From positions 605,793 through 669,792 of the forward strand of contig JYNZ01000003.1 of NCBI GenBank assembly GCA_001567355.1: 64,000 nt of DNA, read 5' to 3'. The position numbers were made by a program, and so were the translations under genes. Below the pieces are notes generated by a model. The model searched no databases. It had not been told where the DNA came from and saw only the letters and a list, made by a program, of their open reading frames with translations. This document shows, one piece after another, positions 28,937-38,433 of this stretch. The DNA comes from a candidate division WS6 bacterium OLB20 (GTDB lineage: Bacteria > Patescibacteriota > Dojkabacteria > B142 > OLB20). Numbering within the stretch: the first letter of the stretch is position 1; each line of letters opens with the position of its first letter.

Positions 28937-29611
28937 TTGAAAAAATTACTTACAAAGCCATTTTCGGGTGTATCGAAGATGGATTTTCTGATCGCACTGT
29001 ATATCACCTGTCTTGCCCTTGCCGAGCTTGCCGGGGCAAAGACATTCCCCCTGATCAACCTGTTCGGGTATCAGTTGAACGCAAGTGTGGCGATATTTCT
29101 GATTCCGCTGATTTTCTCAGTCAACGACATTATCACCGAGGTGCATGGTAAAGAGCGCACACGCAGCATCATCCGTTCCGGACTGCTGATGATTTTCTTC
29201 ATCATGATGTTCTCACTATTTGCAACGCTTCTTGAGCCATCGCCGCGCTTTAGCGAGGCAGAGTCCGCCTATGACACAATTTTCTTCAAGTCGGCACGTA
29301 TTTCGGCAGCAAGTCTTGTTGCATTTGCAGCTGCAGAGTTTATGGATGTCTACGTGTTTTCAAAGGTCAGGGAGCGGTTCGGGAAAAAGAGGCTGTGGCT
29401 GCGCAACAACCTTTCAAACTTTGTCTCTCAATTCCTGGACACGGTGATCTTTATGACACTGGCGTTTTACGCATTTGACCTGTCAGCAGGAGAGAACGCA
29501 GCGTTTCTGCTCAGTCTCATTATTCCGTACTGGCTGCTGAAATGCTTTATGTCAGTTATTGAAACACCGTTTGTATACCTCGGTGTCCGCTGGCTTAAAC
29601 AGGGATCTTAA
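28937..29611 (+). CDS. yhhQ: Queuosine-precursor (preQ0/preQ1) transporter of the YhhQ/DUF165 family
   Basis: FPLINLFGYQLNASVAIFLIPLIFSVNDIITEVHGKERTRSII parallels E. coli YhhQ. The ORF track start is a TTG at 28937; the ATG at 28979 (MDFLIALY...) may be the real start. Confidence 0.8.
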   Translation: MKKLLTKPFSGVSKMDFLIALYITCLALAELAGAKTFPLINLFGYQLNASVAIFLIPLIFSVNDIITEVHGKERTRSIIRSGLLMIFFIMMFSLFATLLEPSPRFSEAESAYDTIFFKSARISAASLVAFAAAEFMDVYVFSKVRERFGKKRLWLRNNLSNFVSQFLDTVIFMTLAFYAFDLSAGENAAFLLSLIIPYWLLKCFMSVIETPFVYLGVRWLKQGS

Positions 29612-30225
29612 AGTCCGTTGACCTCGTTATATTTTTCGACAGTATCAGGATATGCCGCCTGATACTCGTCGGAAAATTCGCAGATTGATTCAAAGCACTC
29701 AGGGATCCACAGGGGGACAGACCCATCTGCTTCCAGTTCAATTGCAATACCGGTGTAGTAGCCGTCAAGCTGGAACAGTGCAACGCTATACGGATAGGTT
29801 GCTGCCGTCTCCTCGTACGGGTTCTCGCTGAATTCAATCACAAGTGGAGTGTTGCCCTGTTCCTTTTCCCATGCTGCCATTGGATTACCGATGCTTTCAA
29901 GGAGCTCTGCGCGCAATGCATCATCAAATCCTCCGCCTGGTGTAAAGAACACTTCCGGCAGGTCATCTATGCTGACAGATTCTCCAGTCGTATCAGGTTC
30001 TGAATCAAGTCCGTCACTGTCGTCTTCTGCAGGCACGCACGTTGGTGTCGCACCGGTGTTCTGATTCTGCTCGGCATCACAGGTTGTCGCCGGACGTGTG
30101 AGCAGGGCCGCAGCTAGTAATACAACGATCAGAAGCAGAATCACATTTGAACAGGCAGCAGCCAGTGTGACTGCAGCGCGCGCACGGGATGTTTTAGGTA
30201 CAGATGGTTGCTCGGGTGTTTCCAT
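29608..30225 (-). CDS. Hypothetical type-II membrane-anchored acidic protein
   Basis: 205 aa with one N-terminal TM (VILLLIVVLLAAALL) and an acidic extracytoplasmic domain. Confidence 0.5.
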   Translation of the reverse strand: METPEQPSVPKTSRARAAVTLAAACSNVILLLIVVLLAAALLTRPATTCDAEQNQNTGATPTCVPAEDDSDGLDSEPDTTGESVSIDDLPEVFFTPGGGFDDALRAELLESIGNPMAAWEKEQGNTPLVIEFSENPYEETAATYPYSVALFQLDGYYTGIAIELEADGSVPLWIPECFESICEFSDEYQAAYPDTVEKYNEVNGL

Positions 30226-30282
30226 GGACAGTGATAAACAGATAGATACCCCATTATGGACACTCGCAGGAATAAGCGCAAA

Positions 30283-31149
30283 TCAGGAGAGCGAAATTAC
30301 AATAACGCCAATAACCACTCCTGCAATTCCTGCAAGCTTAAGGCGGTTAAACCTGTCTCTGAACAGTACATAACCCCCCGCGGTTGTGAGGGCGATATTC
30401 GCTGATCTGATTGATGAGACAAGCGCCACAGCAGGCGCTGCTGAGAGAGCGACAAAGAACGACAGCACCTCGACACCCAGAAACATCCCCGTGGCAATAT
30501 TCAGCCGGAGAAGTCTCCTGTTCCTGATACTTTCCAGCATCTGCTTACGTGATTTGATAAGTGCAATTGTTGTGAACACGATACTGAAGCAGATGGTGCT
30601 GATGAAGAAGTATGTATACTCGTCGGCACGTTCGATAATTACCGTATGGATAGGGTCGAGGAACGAAAATATCAGTGCCACCAGCGCAACAAGTGCAGTC
30701 GCCTTCCTGAGGTCATGTCTGTTCTCAGGCAGGGTGAGTTTACGTTCTGAAAAATAAATGGCAATACACGAGACCGCAGTAAATGCCAGTCCGGCAATCC
30801 CGGCAGCGGATATCCTGTCCCCGCGCATATAATAAGATATTATCGCAGTAAAAATCGGCGTCAGGGAAAGAAGCGGTGTGATGTAGGATACCGACTTAAG
30901 GCGGAACGCGGTAAGAAGTGTCAGTAGCGCCACTGTATCCAGAAAGACGCGAAACAGCATCAGCGGCCAGAACGTCTGGTCTGTTACCGTAATTCCCATG
31001 ACTGCAACGCCGGCTATCGCAACAGGAAAACTGAAGAACACAGTTGCCCACGCAACAACATATGGATCCTGTCTGTCCACCCCGGCCTTGCTGACCAGTG
31101 AGCGTCCGGCGAGTGCAGCTGTAGAGACAAGCGAGAATAGGATCCACAT
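30283..31149 (-). CDS. EamA/DMT-family transporter (10 TM)
   Basis: 288 aa with duplicated 5-TM EamA halves. Confidence 0.8.
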   Translation of the reverse strand: MWILFSLVSTAALAGRSLVSKAGVDRQDPYVVAWATVFFSFPVAIAGVAVMGITVTDQTFWPLMLFRVFLDTVALLTLLTAFRLKSVSYITPLLSLTPIFTAIISYYMRGDRISAAGIAGLAFTAVSCIAIYFSERKLTLPENRHDLRKATALVALVALIFSFLDPIHTVIIERADEYTYFFISTICFSIVFTTIALIKSRKQMLESIRNRRLLRLNIATGMFLGVEVLSFFVALSAAPAVALVSSIRSANIALTTAGGYVLFRDRFNRLKLAGIAGVVIGVIVISLS

Positions 31150-31150
31150 A

Positions 31151-32017
31151 TCAGATGCTTTGCAATGTCAGAGCGATCACGATAACCACGATTCCTGCAT
31201 ATTGCAGCAGCCGCAACCGTTCCTTAAGAAAGAAGTATGCTTCGACTGCGGTGACAATGGCTGCAAGGTTGAGAGCTGCAGTCACTATCCCGACCCTGGT
31301 CACATCAGCTCCGACAGCCCAGCTGAAGCCGATCCAGCCGATCACCTCAAGCAGTCCCAGAAGCGACAGGGGAAGAACCTTACCTCGCGCCGGTACCGGC
31401 GGTACACGCTGCAGTACTGAAGAACCGATAAAAAAGATCACTGTTGCAAATGACTTGATCAGCAGCAGTTTTGTAAACAGATCACCCGAACTTGTGTACG
31501 ATCCGAGAGCAGGGAAGTAGATTGCATGGGCAATAATTGCCAGAACTATCCAGGCCAGCCCCTTGGTCAGATCTTTTTTATCAAATCCATCCCTGCGAAC
31601 ACCGGCCCAGTCAATCCCGACAAGTCCTGCTCCGAAGATCATCATGACAATAAAGATCCAGTCTTCTGCCGGAACAACCGCTCCCAATGCAAAGATGGCA
31701 ACAAAGGTTGTAAGAATGGGGTACAGATTGATCAGTGCAGTTGCGACAGTGACATTGCTGGACGCAAATGCTTTGTAGAGAAACAGATACAGCATGATCT
31801 CGCCGCAGGCGAGCAGGGCCGGTATAAGCAGATTGGAAGTATCTATTCCCGAAAGGCTCCCTGTGAGTATCGTATACATCAGCAGCACAACAGTACCGGA
31901 GATAAACGACATAAACAGAGTACGCGCGATGGTCACATCTTCCAGAGACTTTTTGATGACAATATTCGCAGTCCCGAATCCGGTGGAACTGATCAGTGCT
32001 CCCAGTAGTGCCTGCAT
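31151..32017 (-). CDS. EamA/DMT-family transporter (10 TM), tandem paralog of the preceding gene
   Basis: Also exactly 288 aa, separated from the paralog by 1 nt. Confidence 0.8.
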   Translation of the reverse strand: MQALLGALISSTGFGTANIVIKKSLEDVTIARTLFMSFISGTVVLLMYTILTGSLSGIDTSNLLIPALLACGEIMLYLFLYKAFASSNVTVATALINLYPILTTFVAIFALGAVVPAEDWIFIVMMIFGAGLVGIDWAGVRRDGFDKKDLTKGLAWIVLAIIAHAIYFPALGSYTSSGDLFTKLLLIKSFATVIFFIGSSVLQRVPPVPARGKVLPLSLLGLLEVIGWIGFSWAVGADVTRVGIVTAALNLAAIVTAVEAYFFLKERLRLLQYAGIVVIVIALTLQSI

Positions 32018-32125
32018 AGAACTTGATTGAATGATGAATTATACACGCACATCAGCATTACTGCTATCTGGATAGATGACACCAACCTCTGTTATTCTGA
32101 AGTAATATTCTTTACCTGCTACTTC

Positions 32126-34501
32126 ATGCTGCTACGTGTATTTATTGCCGGCATTCTTGTGTTTGCACCGTTGGTCACACCATCTGTCACGGCTGCACAG
32201 GGAAACGTTGCTGCAAACTCAGGTCAGAAGCCAAATGTCATACTAATACTTGCGGATGACCTTGGATATGCAGAGATTGAGCCGTTCGGCGGAACGTTTG
32301 CAAAGACTCCAAACCTGGCACAGCTTCGCAGAGAAGGCATGAAGTTCAACAGATTCTATTCAAATCCGCTCTGCGGACCGACGCGCTCGTCGTTAATGAC
32401 CGGGCTGTACTCTCAGCGGTTCGGATTCCGGGTAAACTGTGATGTCAGTACCGCTTCACCAAAGGGAATGCCGACAGAGGTGAGTACGCTCGGCAACATC
32501 ATGAGGAGTGCGGGATATAGCACCTGGCATGTCGGTAAGTGGCATCTCGGTTATGACGCAGATACAAATTATCCGACAAAGCGCGGCTTTGATTACTACC
32601 TGGGCCCCTTTGAGGAACAGACTGCCTGGCAGCGGCGAAACCCCACGCTACACGAAAACAACAGCAAACGGCAGTTTTCGGGGCACCCCACTGAAATATA
32701 TGGCAATAAGGTTGTAGATATCATCAGACAGAATGCCGGTACCGGCAAACCCTTTTTTATTAATTACTGGGATACTGCACCGCACGGTCCTAACCAGCCG
32801 CTGCCACGATGGCTGAATGGCTACCAGGATAAAAATTCCGTCTACACAAAGTACGCAGCAGAAATAACCGGCCTGGACGAACAGGTAGGTAAAATTGTTA
32901 CAGCATTAAAAGAGACCGGACAGTGGAACAACACAGTTCTTGTGTTTATGAGCGACAATGGTATTCCGTCGTCTCTGCTGACATTTTCAAACAACGGCGG
33001 GTTACGGGGAAACAAATCAGGAGTATTTGAGGGAGGAGTACGTTCACCGATGCTTATCAGCTGGCCCGCAGCCGTTGCAGCCGGCTCAGAGACATCCCTG
33101 GTCAGTCATGTAACAGACATTGCGCCAACATTTTCAGAGATCGCCGGCGTCACGGGTGCAGCCAGTGACGGGCGCAGTATTGTTCCTACACTGCGGGGGC
33201 AGGCACAGCAGCCTCGAGATATCTTCTTCGAAAACAAGACACTTGATCTTCTGAACGGAGCATTTATCTCTGGTGAGTGGAAGTATGTCTGGAATAAAGG
33301 AAATGAGTATCTGTTTAATCTGTCGACAGACCCTGGAGAAAAAACCGATCTCAAAAACAGCAGACCGGTTGAGTTTACAACCCTGAAAACGCGCTACTGG
33401 GGCACGAGAACAGCTCTTGCTGAGGTGCCGTATCAGTTTACACGATCAAGCAGAGGAACGGCATCCTTTCCGGTTAAGACTATCAGTGCAAAAAGCGGAT
33501 CAGATATCGGGTACCTTGCCGGCAGCTCTGTTCTCAATATTTCGGGATGGGAGTTTTCATTTGACAGCTGGATCAGGCTGGATGGTAACGGAGGCAATAA
33601 GCGCAGAAACATAATCAACTCATTCGGTAACTTCAGATTTGAGGTGATGGAAAACGGCAGACCCCGTGCCACCTGGAAGGAGACAGCAAAAAACGGGACA
33701 GTAACCGAACGCTTTCTTGAGGTGGGGACAGCGCTCAGGAACGACACCTGGCAACATATCGCGCTTGTACTGGATGCTACACCATCACACGCTAAAAGCG
33801 GTGCCGTCAGAATCTATATTGATGGCAAAAATGCAGGCAGCGGAAAACGCACTGGTGATATTATCACAACGGGACAGTTTACAATTGCAAACACACCCTC
33901 GACACAGCGACCACTTCTGGGAGAGCTGTATCAGCCGCGCATCAGTACAGCTGCATGGTTGCCTGCTGAGGTAGCGTGGTTTGCTGGCAGTAAACCGATT
34001 GCCTTAGGTGCCGGTGGCAACACAGCACAGGCGGGGTTTCCGCAGTTCGGGCTTGATGTTCTGCCGTTAACCGGCGCAGATTACGATAATTACGGATCGT
34101 ATACGTATACACTTCTTTCATCAGACGGTGAAGTGGAGTACAACTATTCGGTTACGATTCTTGAAAATAACTTTGTCGGGTATCCTGATGAAAACGGCGT
34201 GATTGTGCTGCCGTTTGATCAGCCGCAGAACATCACACTCAGTGTAACAAATGGTATCGATACCCTGACCCGCGAATTGAGTCCAGAAGATTTTGCTACA
34301 GCAGGCGGTCATATTATTGATCGGGGGCTGCTTAAGAATCTTGACCCCGAGTCGTCTCCAGACTCTGCGCCCGACTCGTATATGGACCCGGTCAGAGCTG
34401 GCGGTCAGCTTGTCCTGATATTGTGCCTTGTTGTCCTCGGTGGATTTGGAATCTATCTGATGATGACAACACGTGATGCTGACGAGATTCAGGCAAAGTA
34501 G
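32126..34501 (+). CDS. Cys-type sulfatase (arylsulfatase family) fused to a LamG/concanavalin-like domain, with a C-terminal TM anchor
   Basis: PNVILILADDLGYAE...CGPTRSSLMTG is the sulfatase signature (C-x-P-x-R). The signal peptide starts at the internal ATG 32126 (MLLRVFIAGILVFAPLVTPSVTAAQG). The LamG-like region is SFDSWIRLDG...WQHIALVLD...VRIYIDGK. The C-terminal TM is LVLILCLVVLGGFGIYLMM. Confidence 0.8.
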   Translation: MLLRVFIAGILVFAPLVTPSVTAAQGNVAANSGQKPNVILILADDLGYAEIEPFGGTFAKTPNLAQLRREGMKFNRFYSNPLCGPTRSSLMTGLYSQRFGFRVNCDVSTASPKGMPTEVSTLGNIMRSAGYSTWHVGKWHLGYDADTNYPTKRGFDYYLGPFEEQTAWQRRNPTLHENNSKRQFSGHPTEIYGNKVVDIIRQNAGTGKPFFINYWDTAPHGPNQPLPRWLNGYQDKNSVYTKYAAEITGLDEQVGKIVTALKETGQWNNTVLVFMSDNGIPSSLLTFSNNGGLRGNKSGVFEGGVRSPMLISWPAAVAAGSETSLVSHVTDIAPTFSEIAGVTGAASDGRSIVPTLRGQAQQPRDIFFENKTLDLLNGAFISGEWKYVWNKGNEYLFNLSTDPGEKTDLKNSRPVEFTTLKTRYWGTRTALAEVPYQFTRSSRGTASFPVKTISAKSGSDIGYLAGSSVLNISGWEFSFDSWIRLDGNGGNKRRNIINSFGNFRFEVMENGRPRATWKETAKNGTVTERFLEVGTALRNDTWQHIALVLDATPSHAKSGAVRIYIDGKNAGSGKRTGDIITTGQFTIANTPSTQRPLLGELYQPRISTAAWLPAEVAWFAGSKPIALGAGGNTAQAGFPQFGLDVLPLTGADYDNYGSYTYTLLSSDGEVEYNYSVTILENNFVGYPDENGVIVLPFDQPQNITLSVTNGIDTLTRELSPEDFATAGGHIIDRGLLKNLDPESSPDSAPDSYMDPVRAGGQLVLILCLVVLGGFGIYLMMTTRDADEIQAK

Positions 34502-34860
34502 TTGTTCTCCGGAACAAGATCGATGAGTGTGAACGCCTGTTTCATCTCCTCAGGGGTGTTAAGCCGGACAATGCTGAATGTGCCGGCAGTAACCTCGTTT
34601 AGATAATCATGCTGTATTGAAAGAATGTGGCACAGGCCCCAGTAGACCCATTTGCCGTCAATATCCTCCACCAGAAAATTACGAACCGGCGGAATCTTGT
34701 ATACCCGGATTTTTGGTTTGGCGCTGAACCTGAATATCTTTCTCTCAACAGCTGAAAGCGGATAGGGAGACGAGAGGTGCGTACTCAGGTCGAGCATGGC
34801 AGGAAAGCCCTGCTCTTTGTTTATGCGAAGTGTGTCGTTAATCTCGATAAAGGATCCCAT
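34489..34860 (-). CDS. Hypothetical small cytoplasmic protein
   Basis: 123-aa ORF with no recognised motif. Confidence 0.4.
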   Translation of the reverse strand: MGSFIEINDTLRINKEQGFPAMLDLSTHLSSPYPLSAVERKIFRFSAKPKIRVYKIPPVRNFLVEDIDGKWVYWGLCHILSIQHDYLNEVTAGTFSIVRLNTPEEMKQAFTLIDLVPENNYFA

Positions 34861-34874
34861 GGAACGTCTGTTGA

Positions 34875-35270
34875 TTATTTAAGTTTACCCAGATGTGTGT
34901 CTTTAAAGCCACTGATACGCTTAAGACCGAATCCGAAGAAACGATCCATAGCGATGTGTGAGAACAGTATTATTCCCATCAACTCAGGTAGCTGAAGACC
35001 GCTCAGTTTCCCGGTAATGTAAAGCAAAACTGCAGCTGACCTGTTGTGGAACGTATTATACAGAGCAGCCCCGTTCCGGTCGCCAGCCAGATAGCCGAGC
35101 ATGCTCATATCTGGAACAAGTAGTAGCAAAGGAAACAGCCACCAGGCAAAGCCGCCAAGATGAAAAAGCAGAATCCCGAGCAGAAACAGAAATGCTTCCT
35201 CGGACTTAAGTAGTGTATTGAGTGGGGTGGCCATGCACTGATTGTATCCGAGACCGTTTCTGACGTACAT
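34875..35270 (-). CDS. DUF4260-family small membrane protein
   Basis: GGFAWWLFPLLLLVPDMSMLGYLAGDRNGAALYNTFHN resembles the DUF4260 core (xPDLSMLGYL). Confidence 0.55.
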   Translation of the reverse strand: MYVRNGLGYNQCMATPLNTLLKSEEAFLFLLGILLFHLGGFAWWLFPLLLLVPDMSMLGYLAGDRNGAALYNTFHNRSAAVLLYITGKLSGLQLPELMGIILFSHIAMDRFFGFGLKRISGFKDTHLGKLK

Positions 35271-35493
35271 GTCTCAACCGCAGATCTCAATGATGCATCA
35301 TTAAGGGGTCGAGCGTGTCATGGGGGATATTGCTGTCGGGGGAGTTAACTATCTCGGACGAGTAAAGAAAAAAATCATCTCTGTCTGATGACAAACGTCT
35401 GGATATGCTCTTGGGGGTGATGTCATTGGGACTATGTTTGAGAAGTGCTATCGAGAAGTGTAGTTTAGAACGTTTCTCGAGTCCGGCCCTTCA

Positions 35494-35580
35494 GGAGATA
35501 AAACGGAGAGGACAGGATTCGAACCTGCGGCCGCCGTGAGGCGGCATCTGTTTTCGAGACAGACCCATTCGACCACTCTG
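35494..35580 (-). tRNA. tRNA-Ser (anticodon CGA)
   Basis: Reverse complement GGAGAGGTGCCAGAGTGGTCGAATGGGTCTGTCTCGAAAACAGATGCCGCCTCACGGCGGCCGCAGGTTCGAATCCTGTCCTCTCCG. It has a 7-bp acceptor stem, a CU-CGA-AA anticodon loop, a long variable arm and a TPsiC arm GGTTCGAATCC. CCA is not encoded. Confidence 0.85.
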
Positions 35581-35659
35581 GCACCTCTCCAGTGTGCGTT
35601 ATTATACCGCATTGTGCAGGACTGTAGTCTATATAGCAATGTGTTGCTATACTCTGGCT

Positions 35660-36673
35660 ATGAACATTCCTGACAGACTTATTGCAGCATACGGACTGGA
35701 AAGCGGTGGAACGGTTACTGCGCTTGAATCGTTTGCGAACCGAGTGTATCTCTATACCCTGAACAATGGTGAGGCATACATCATCAAGCAATACAAAGTA
35801 CTTGATGCACAAGGGGTGCGTACTTTACATGCTAACCAGAAACGGCTGCGCGCAAGAGGAATTCTGATCCCTGAGGTACTTGCCGGCAAAGACGGAGATA
35901 CGGTATCTGAGCTTGATGGTGAGGTTTTCGATATCTCGCGGTATGTCCCCCACAGGAATCTGAATTATCAGGACTACAATATTTCTGAAGAGGAGCTTAC
36001 AGAGGTCGGACGGCTGTTAAAAACAATCCACGATACGGACCCGGCGACTATGGATCTGGAAGCGGTGAGCTTTTCCGACAACGGCAGTGGTGCAGAATCG
36101 CTGATCTCTGATTACAGGCAGTGGCGGATGAAAAGCAAAGTCACAGGTGTAGATACAAAGCTGGCCGTGATTGATGAGTTTCTGACACGAACAGAGTCCT
36201 GGCGGGATTCTCTGTCAGAACGATTCTCCGCATATACCTTTACCAATACAGAGCCCGTTGTCTCTCACGGCGACGTTTCACTGGTGAATCTGCTACCGAC
36301 CGGACAGGGCATGTACCTGATTGACTGGGACAAGCTCAAACTGCGACCGCCGATGTATGAGGTGCAGCGTACAATAGGATTGATATGCGGTACCGGGAAC
36401 GTAAACGGCAACCTTGAAGAGATTAGCAAAGAACGTCTCAAGCCTTTTGTCGAAGGCTATTTCGGGAACAAAGGCCCGTCAGAAGGGCAGGTCCGGCAGC
36501 TGATTGAGGTTGCCGAATACACATCGCATCTGGACTGGCTGAGATTTACCCTTGGTCAGCTGCTTGCGGGTGATTTCAGAGTGCTGGAACTGCTGTCAGA
36601 TGATACTGAACAAAACTTCTACTGGCTGCGACCGGATGCGTTTTCGCGCTATCGTGAGATGCTTGCAGGGTAA
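35660..36673 (+). CDS. Aminoglycoside/choline/homoserine-kinase-type (APH fold) small-molecule kinase
   Basis: HGDVSLVNLL catalytic loop and IDWD metal-binding motif. The ORF track start 35594 overlaps the tRNA, so ATG 35660 is preferred. Confidence 0.65.
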   Translation: MNIPDRLIAAYGLESGGTVTALESFANRVYLYTLNNGEAYIIKQYKVLDAQGVRTLHANQKRLRARGILIPEVLAGKDGDTVSELDGEVFDISRYVPHRNLNYQDYNISEEELTEVGRLLKTIHDTDPATMDLEAVSFSDNGSGAESLISDYRQWRMKSKVTGVDTKLAVIDEFLTRTESWRDSLSERFSAYTFTNTEPVVSHGDVSLVNLLPTGQGMYLIDWDKLKLRPPMYEVQRTIGLICGTGNVNGNLEEISKERLKPFVEGYFGNKGPSEGQVRQLIEVAEYTSHLDWLRFTLGQLLAGDFRVLELLSDDTEQNFYWLRPDAFSRYREMLAG

Positions 36674-37092
36674 CCGCGATCGACCTGTTTTGCCAGAACC
36701 CCTGAGGTGTTACTGATAGCGAAGTATACAAGCATGTAGACTGTCCCGCATAGCACACTGCCTGCGATACTGCCGGCCACACCGATCTCGGTTGAGAACA
36801 GATTACTCAGTGTCTGCTGAAAAATATCGTAGCGTGGTGTCAGCACAAACATCAGATTAAAGACCCCTGCATTCATGCCGATAAAATAGGCAACCGCACC
36901 TGTTACTGACGAGCTGCTCAGTTTGCTGCCGAAGCGGTCATCTTCAAGGTATACACCAGTCAGAGAGCCGCGCACGATCGCCAGCAGCGGAAAGATCATA
37001 ATCCCGAAAAAGTGCCCGATAGAGCCGAAGATAAACCCGATAAACAGGTCGACAAAGGTGAAGGAGAGTGCAATAAGCTTGGCCCGTGACAT
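36649..37092 (-). CDS. Hypothetical 4-TM membrane protein
   Basis: 147 aa and hydrophobic. It overlaps the 3' end of the kinase gene by 25 nt, convergently. Confidence 0.4.
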   Translation of the reverse strand: MSRAKLIALSFTFVDLFIGFIFGSIGHFFGIMIFPLLAIVRGSLTGVYLEDDRFGSKLSSSSVTGAVAYFIGMNAGVFNLMFVLTPRYDIFQQTLSNLFSTEIGVAGSIAGSVLCGTVYMLVYFAISNTSGVLAKQVDRGYPASISR

Positions 37093-37128
37093 ACTTAATA
37101 GTGGCAGAATGCAACCCGAAGGACAAGC

Positions 37129-38331
37129 TCAGCCTGTAGCAGGACGGGTTCTGTGATTGATCAGCACATTAACTGCTGTCAAAAGGACTATTACAGCACC
37201 GATCATCAGGGAGAATGTTCCGAGTCCACCTGACTCCGCAGCCTGACCTGCAGCGATAGCCACGATAACATATGGCAGACGTCCGAGAAGAACAGCAGTA
37301 GAGATTGTTGTCGCCCGGTCTTTTGAGGGAACCTGTCTGTTGAGAACGACAGACAGCCAGGGATACACAAGTCTGCCTGCGATATCGATCATGGCAAAAG
37401 CGATTACGGCGTAGTAGCCAAGCGGTAGCGCCATCAGCATGTATGGTACAGCAACAAAAACAGTCAGCAGATACAGTCCGCTGTGATCAGAGACACGTTT
37501 GCGGATTGCCGGAAGAAACGACACTATGATAGCGCCCGCCAGCCCGAATACAGAGTACATCACCGCCATCGCAAGCGCGTCAAATCCGAAAAACTCCGCC
37601 AGTGCAGGTTTGACCAGGCCCCAGTCGTAGATCGCAAATCCTCCGTAGAGAAAGAAAAAGAACATTGTGTACTCCCGGAGTTTCGGTGTAACAAGGTGTC
37701 GAATCCCGTTACGCATCTGTCTGATGTAGTTTTTCAGAGAGAATGTTTCGCTGTCGCTTGCAGGCTCGGTCAGAAACAGGGCAAATACTGTTCCAATGCT
37801 GAATGAGACAAACCACATGATATGCGGCAGCTGAAAGTACAGGTTATACAGAACACCACCGAGCAATACCGTTGTAACAGTTGTTGCAATACCCAGTGTG
37901 TGCGAACGGGAGATCACGTCCTCAAAGCTGTCTTCAAGCTCGTTATCAAGCAAGGTGTCGTAAGCGATTGCCTCTGCAGCACCTGAGTAGAGCGCCCAGC
38001 CAAGTTGCGCGATCAGAAAACCGATCAGCATCCAGTACTGATTCATGCTGAATGTCATCATTGCGATGCCTGCTGATGCAAATCCCATACCGGCAATCAC
38101 CGTTTTACGCTTGCCGATCAGATCTGCGACGGCTCCGGTCGGCACTTCCATCAGCACACCAAACGCAAATGCAAGCGCATCTATGAGTCCCAGCGTCCCG
38201 TATGTCATGTATCTCGTCCAGAAAAATATCCAGTTACCCATGATCCACCAGCAATTGTGGACAATGGTCATCAGGTAATAGATACGGATGTTGGTCAGGC
38301 GCCAGAGGGGAAGAGAGAAGTGTTGTTTCAT
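37129..38331 (-). CDS. MFS transporter (12 TM)
   Basis: 400 aa with an MFS fold and a GKRKTVIAG motif-A-like loop. Confidence 0.8.
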   Translation of the reverse strand: MKQHFSLPLWRLTNIRIYYLMTIVHNCWWIMGNWIFFWTRYMTYGTLGLIDALAFAFGVLMEVPTGAVADLIGKRKTVIAGMGFASAGIAMMTFSMNQYWMLIGFLIAQLGWALYSGAAEAIAYDTLLDNELEDSFEDVISRSHTLGIATTVTTVLLGGVLYNLYFQLPHIMWFVSFSIGTVFALFLTEPASDSETFSLKNYIRQMRNGIRHLVTPKLREYTMFFFFLYGGFAIYDWGLVKPALAEFFGFDALAMAVMYSVFGLAGAIIVSFLPAIRKRVSDHSGLYLLTVFVAVPYMLMALPLGYYAVIAFAMIDIAGRLVYPWLSVVLNRQVPSKDRATTISTAVLLGRLPYVIVAIAAGQAAESGGLGTFSLMIGAVIVLLTAVNVLINHRTRPATG

Positions 38332-38359
38332 CGTATAGGCGCTGTGATCTGTTTACAAC

Positions 38360-38433
38360 TGCACTTGAGAGGATTCGAACCTCTGACCCCGACTTCCGCA
38401 AAGTCGTGCTCTATCCAGCTGAGCTACAAGTGC
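38360..38433 (-). tRNA. tRNA-Arg with apparent anticodon GCG
   Basis: Reverse complement GCACTTGTAGCTCAGCTGGATAGAGCACGACTTTGCGGAAGTCGGGGTCAGAGGTTCGAATCCTCTCAAGTGCA. The cloverleaf is complete, with A20 and discriminator A73 consistent with Arg. The anticodon stem CGACT/AGTCG has loop TTGCGGA, so positions 34-36 are GCG. Confidence 0.75.

Noticed and set aside
28937-28978. TTG start at 28937 for yhhQ
   Set aside because: The first 14 codons lack TM character. The ATG at 28979 followed by FLIALYITCL fits the YhhQ N-terminus better. The feature keeps the longer coordinates with this caveat.
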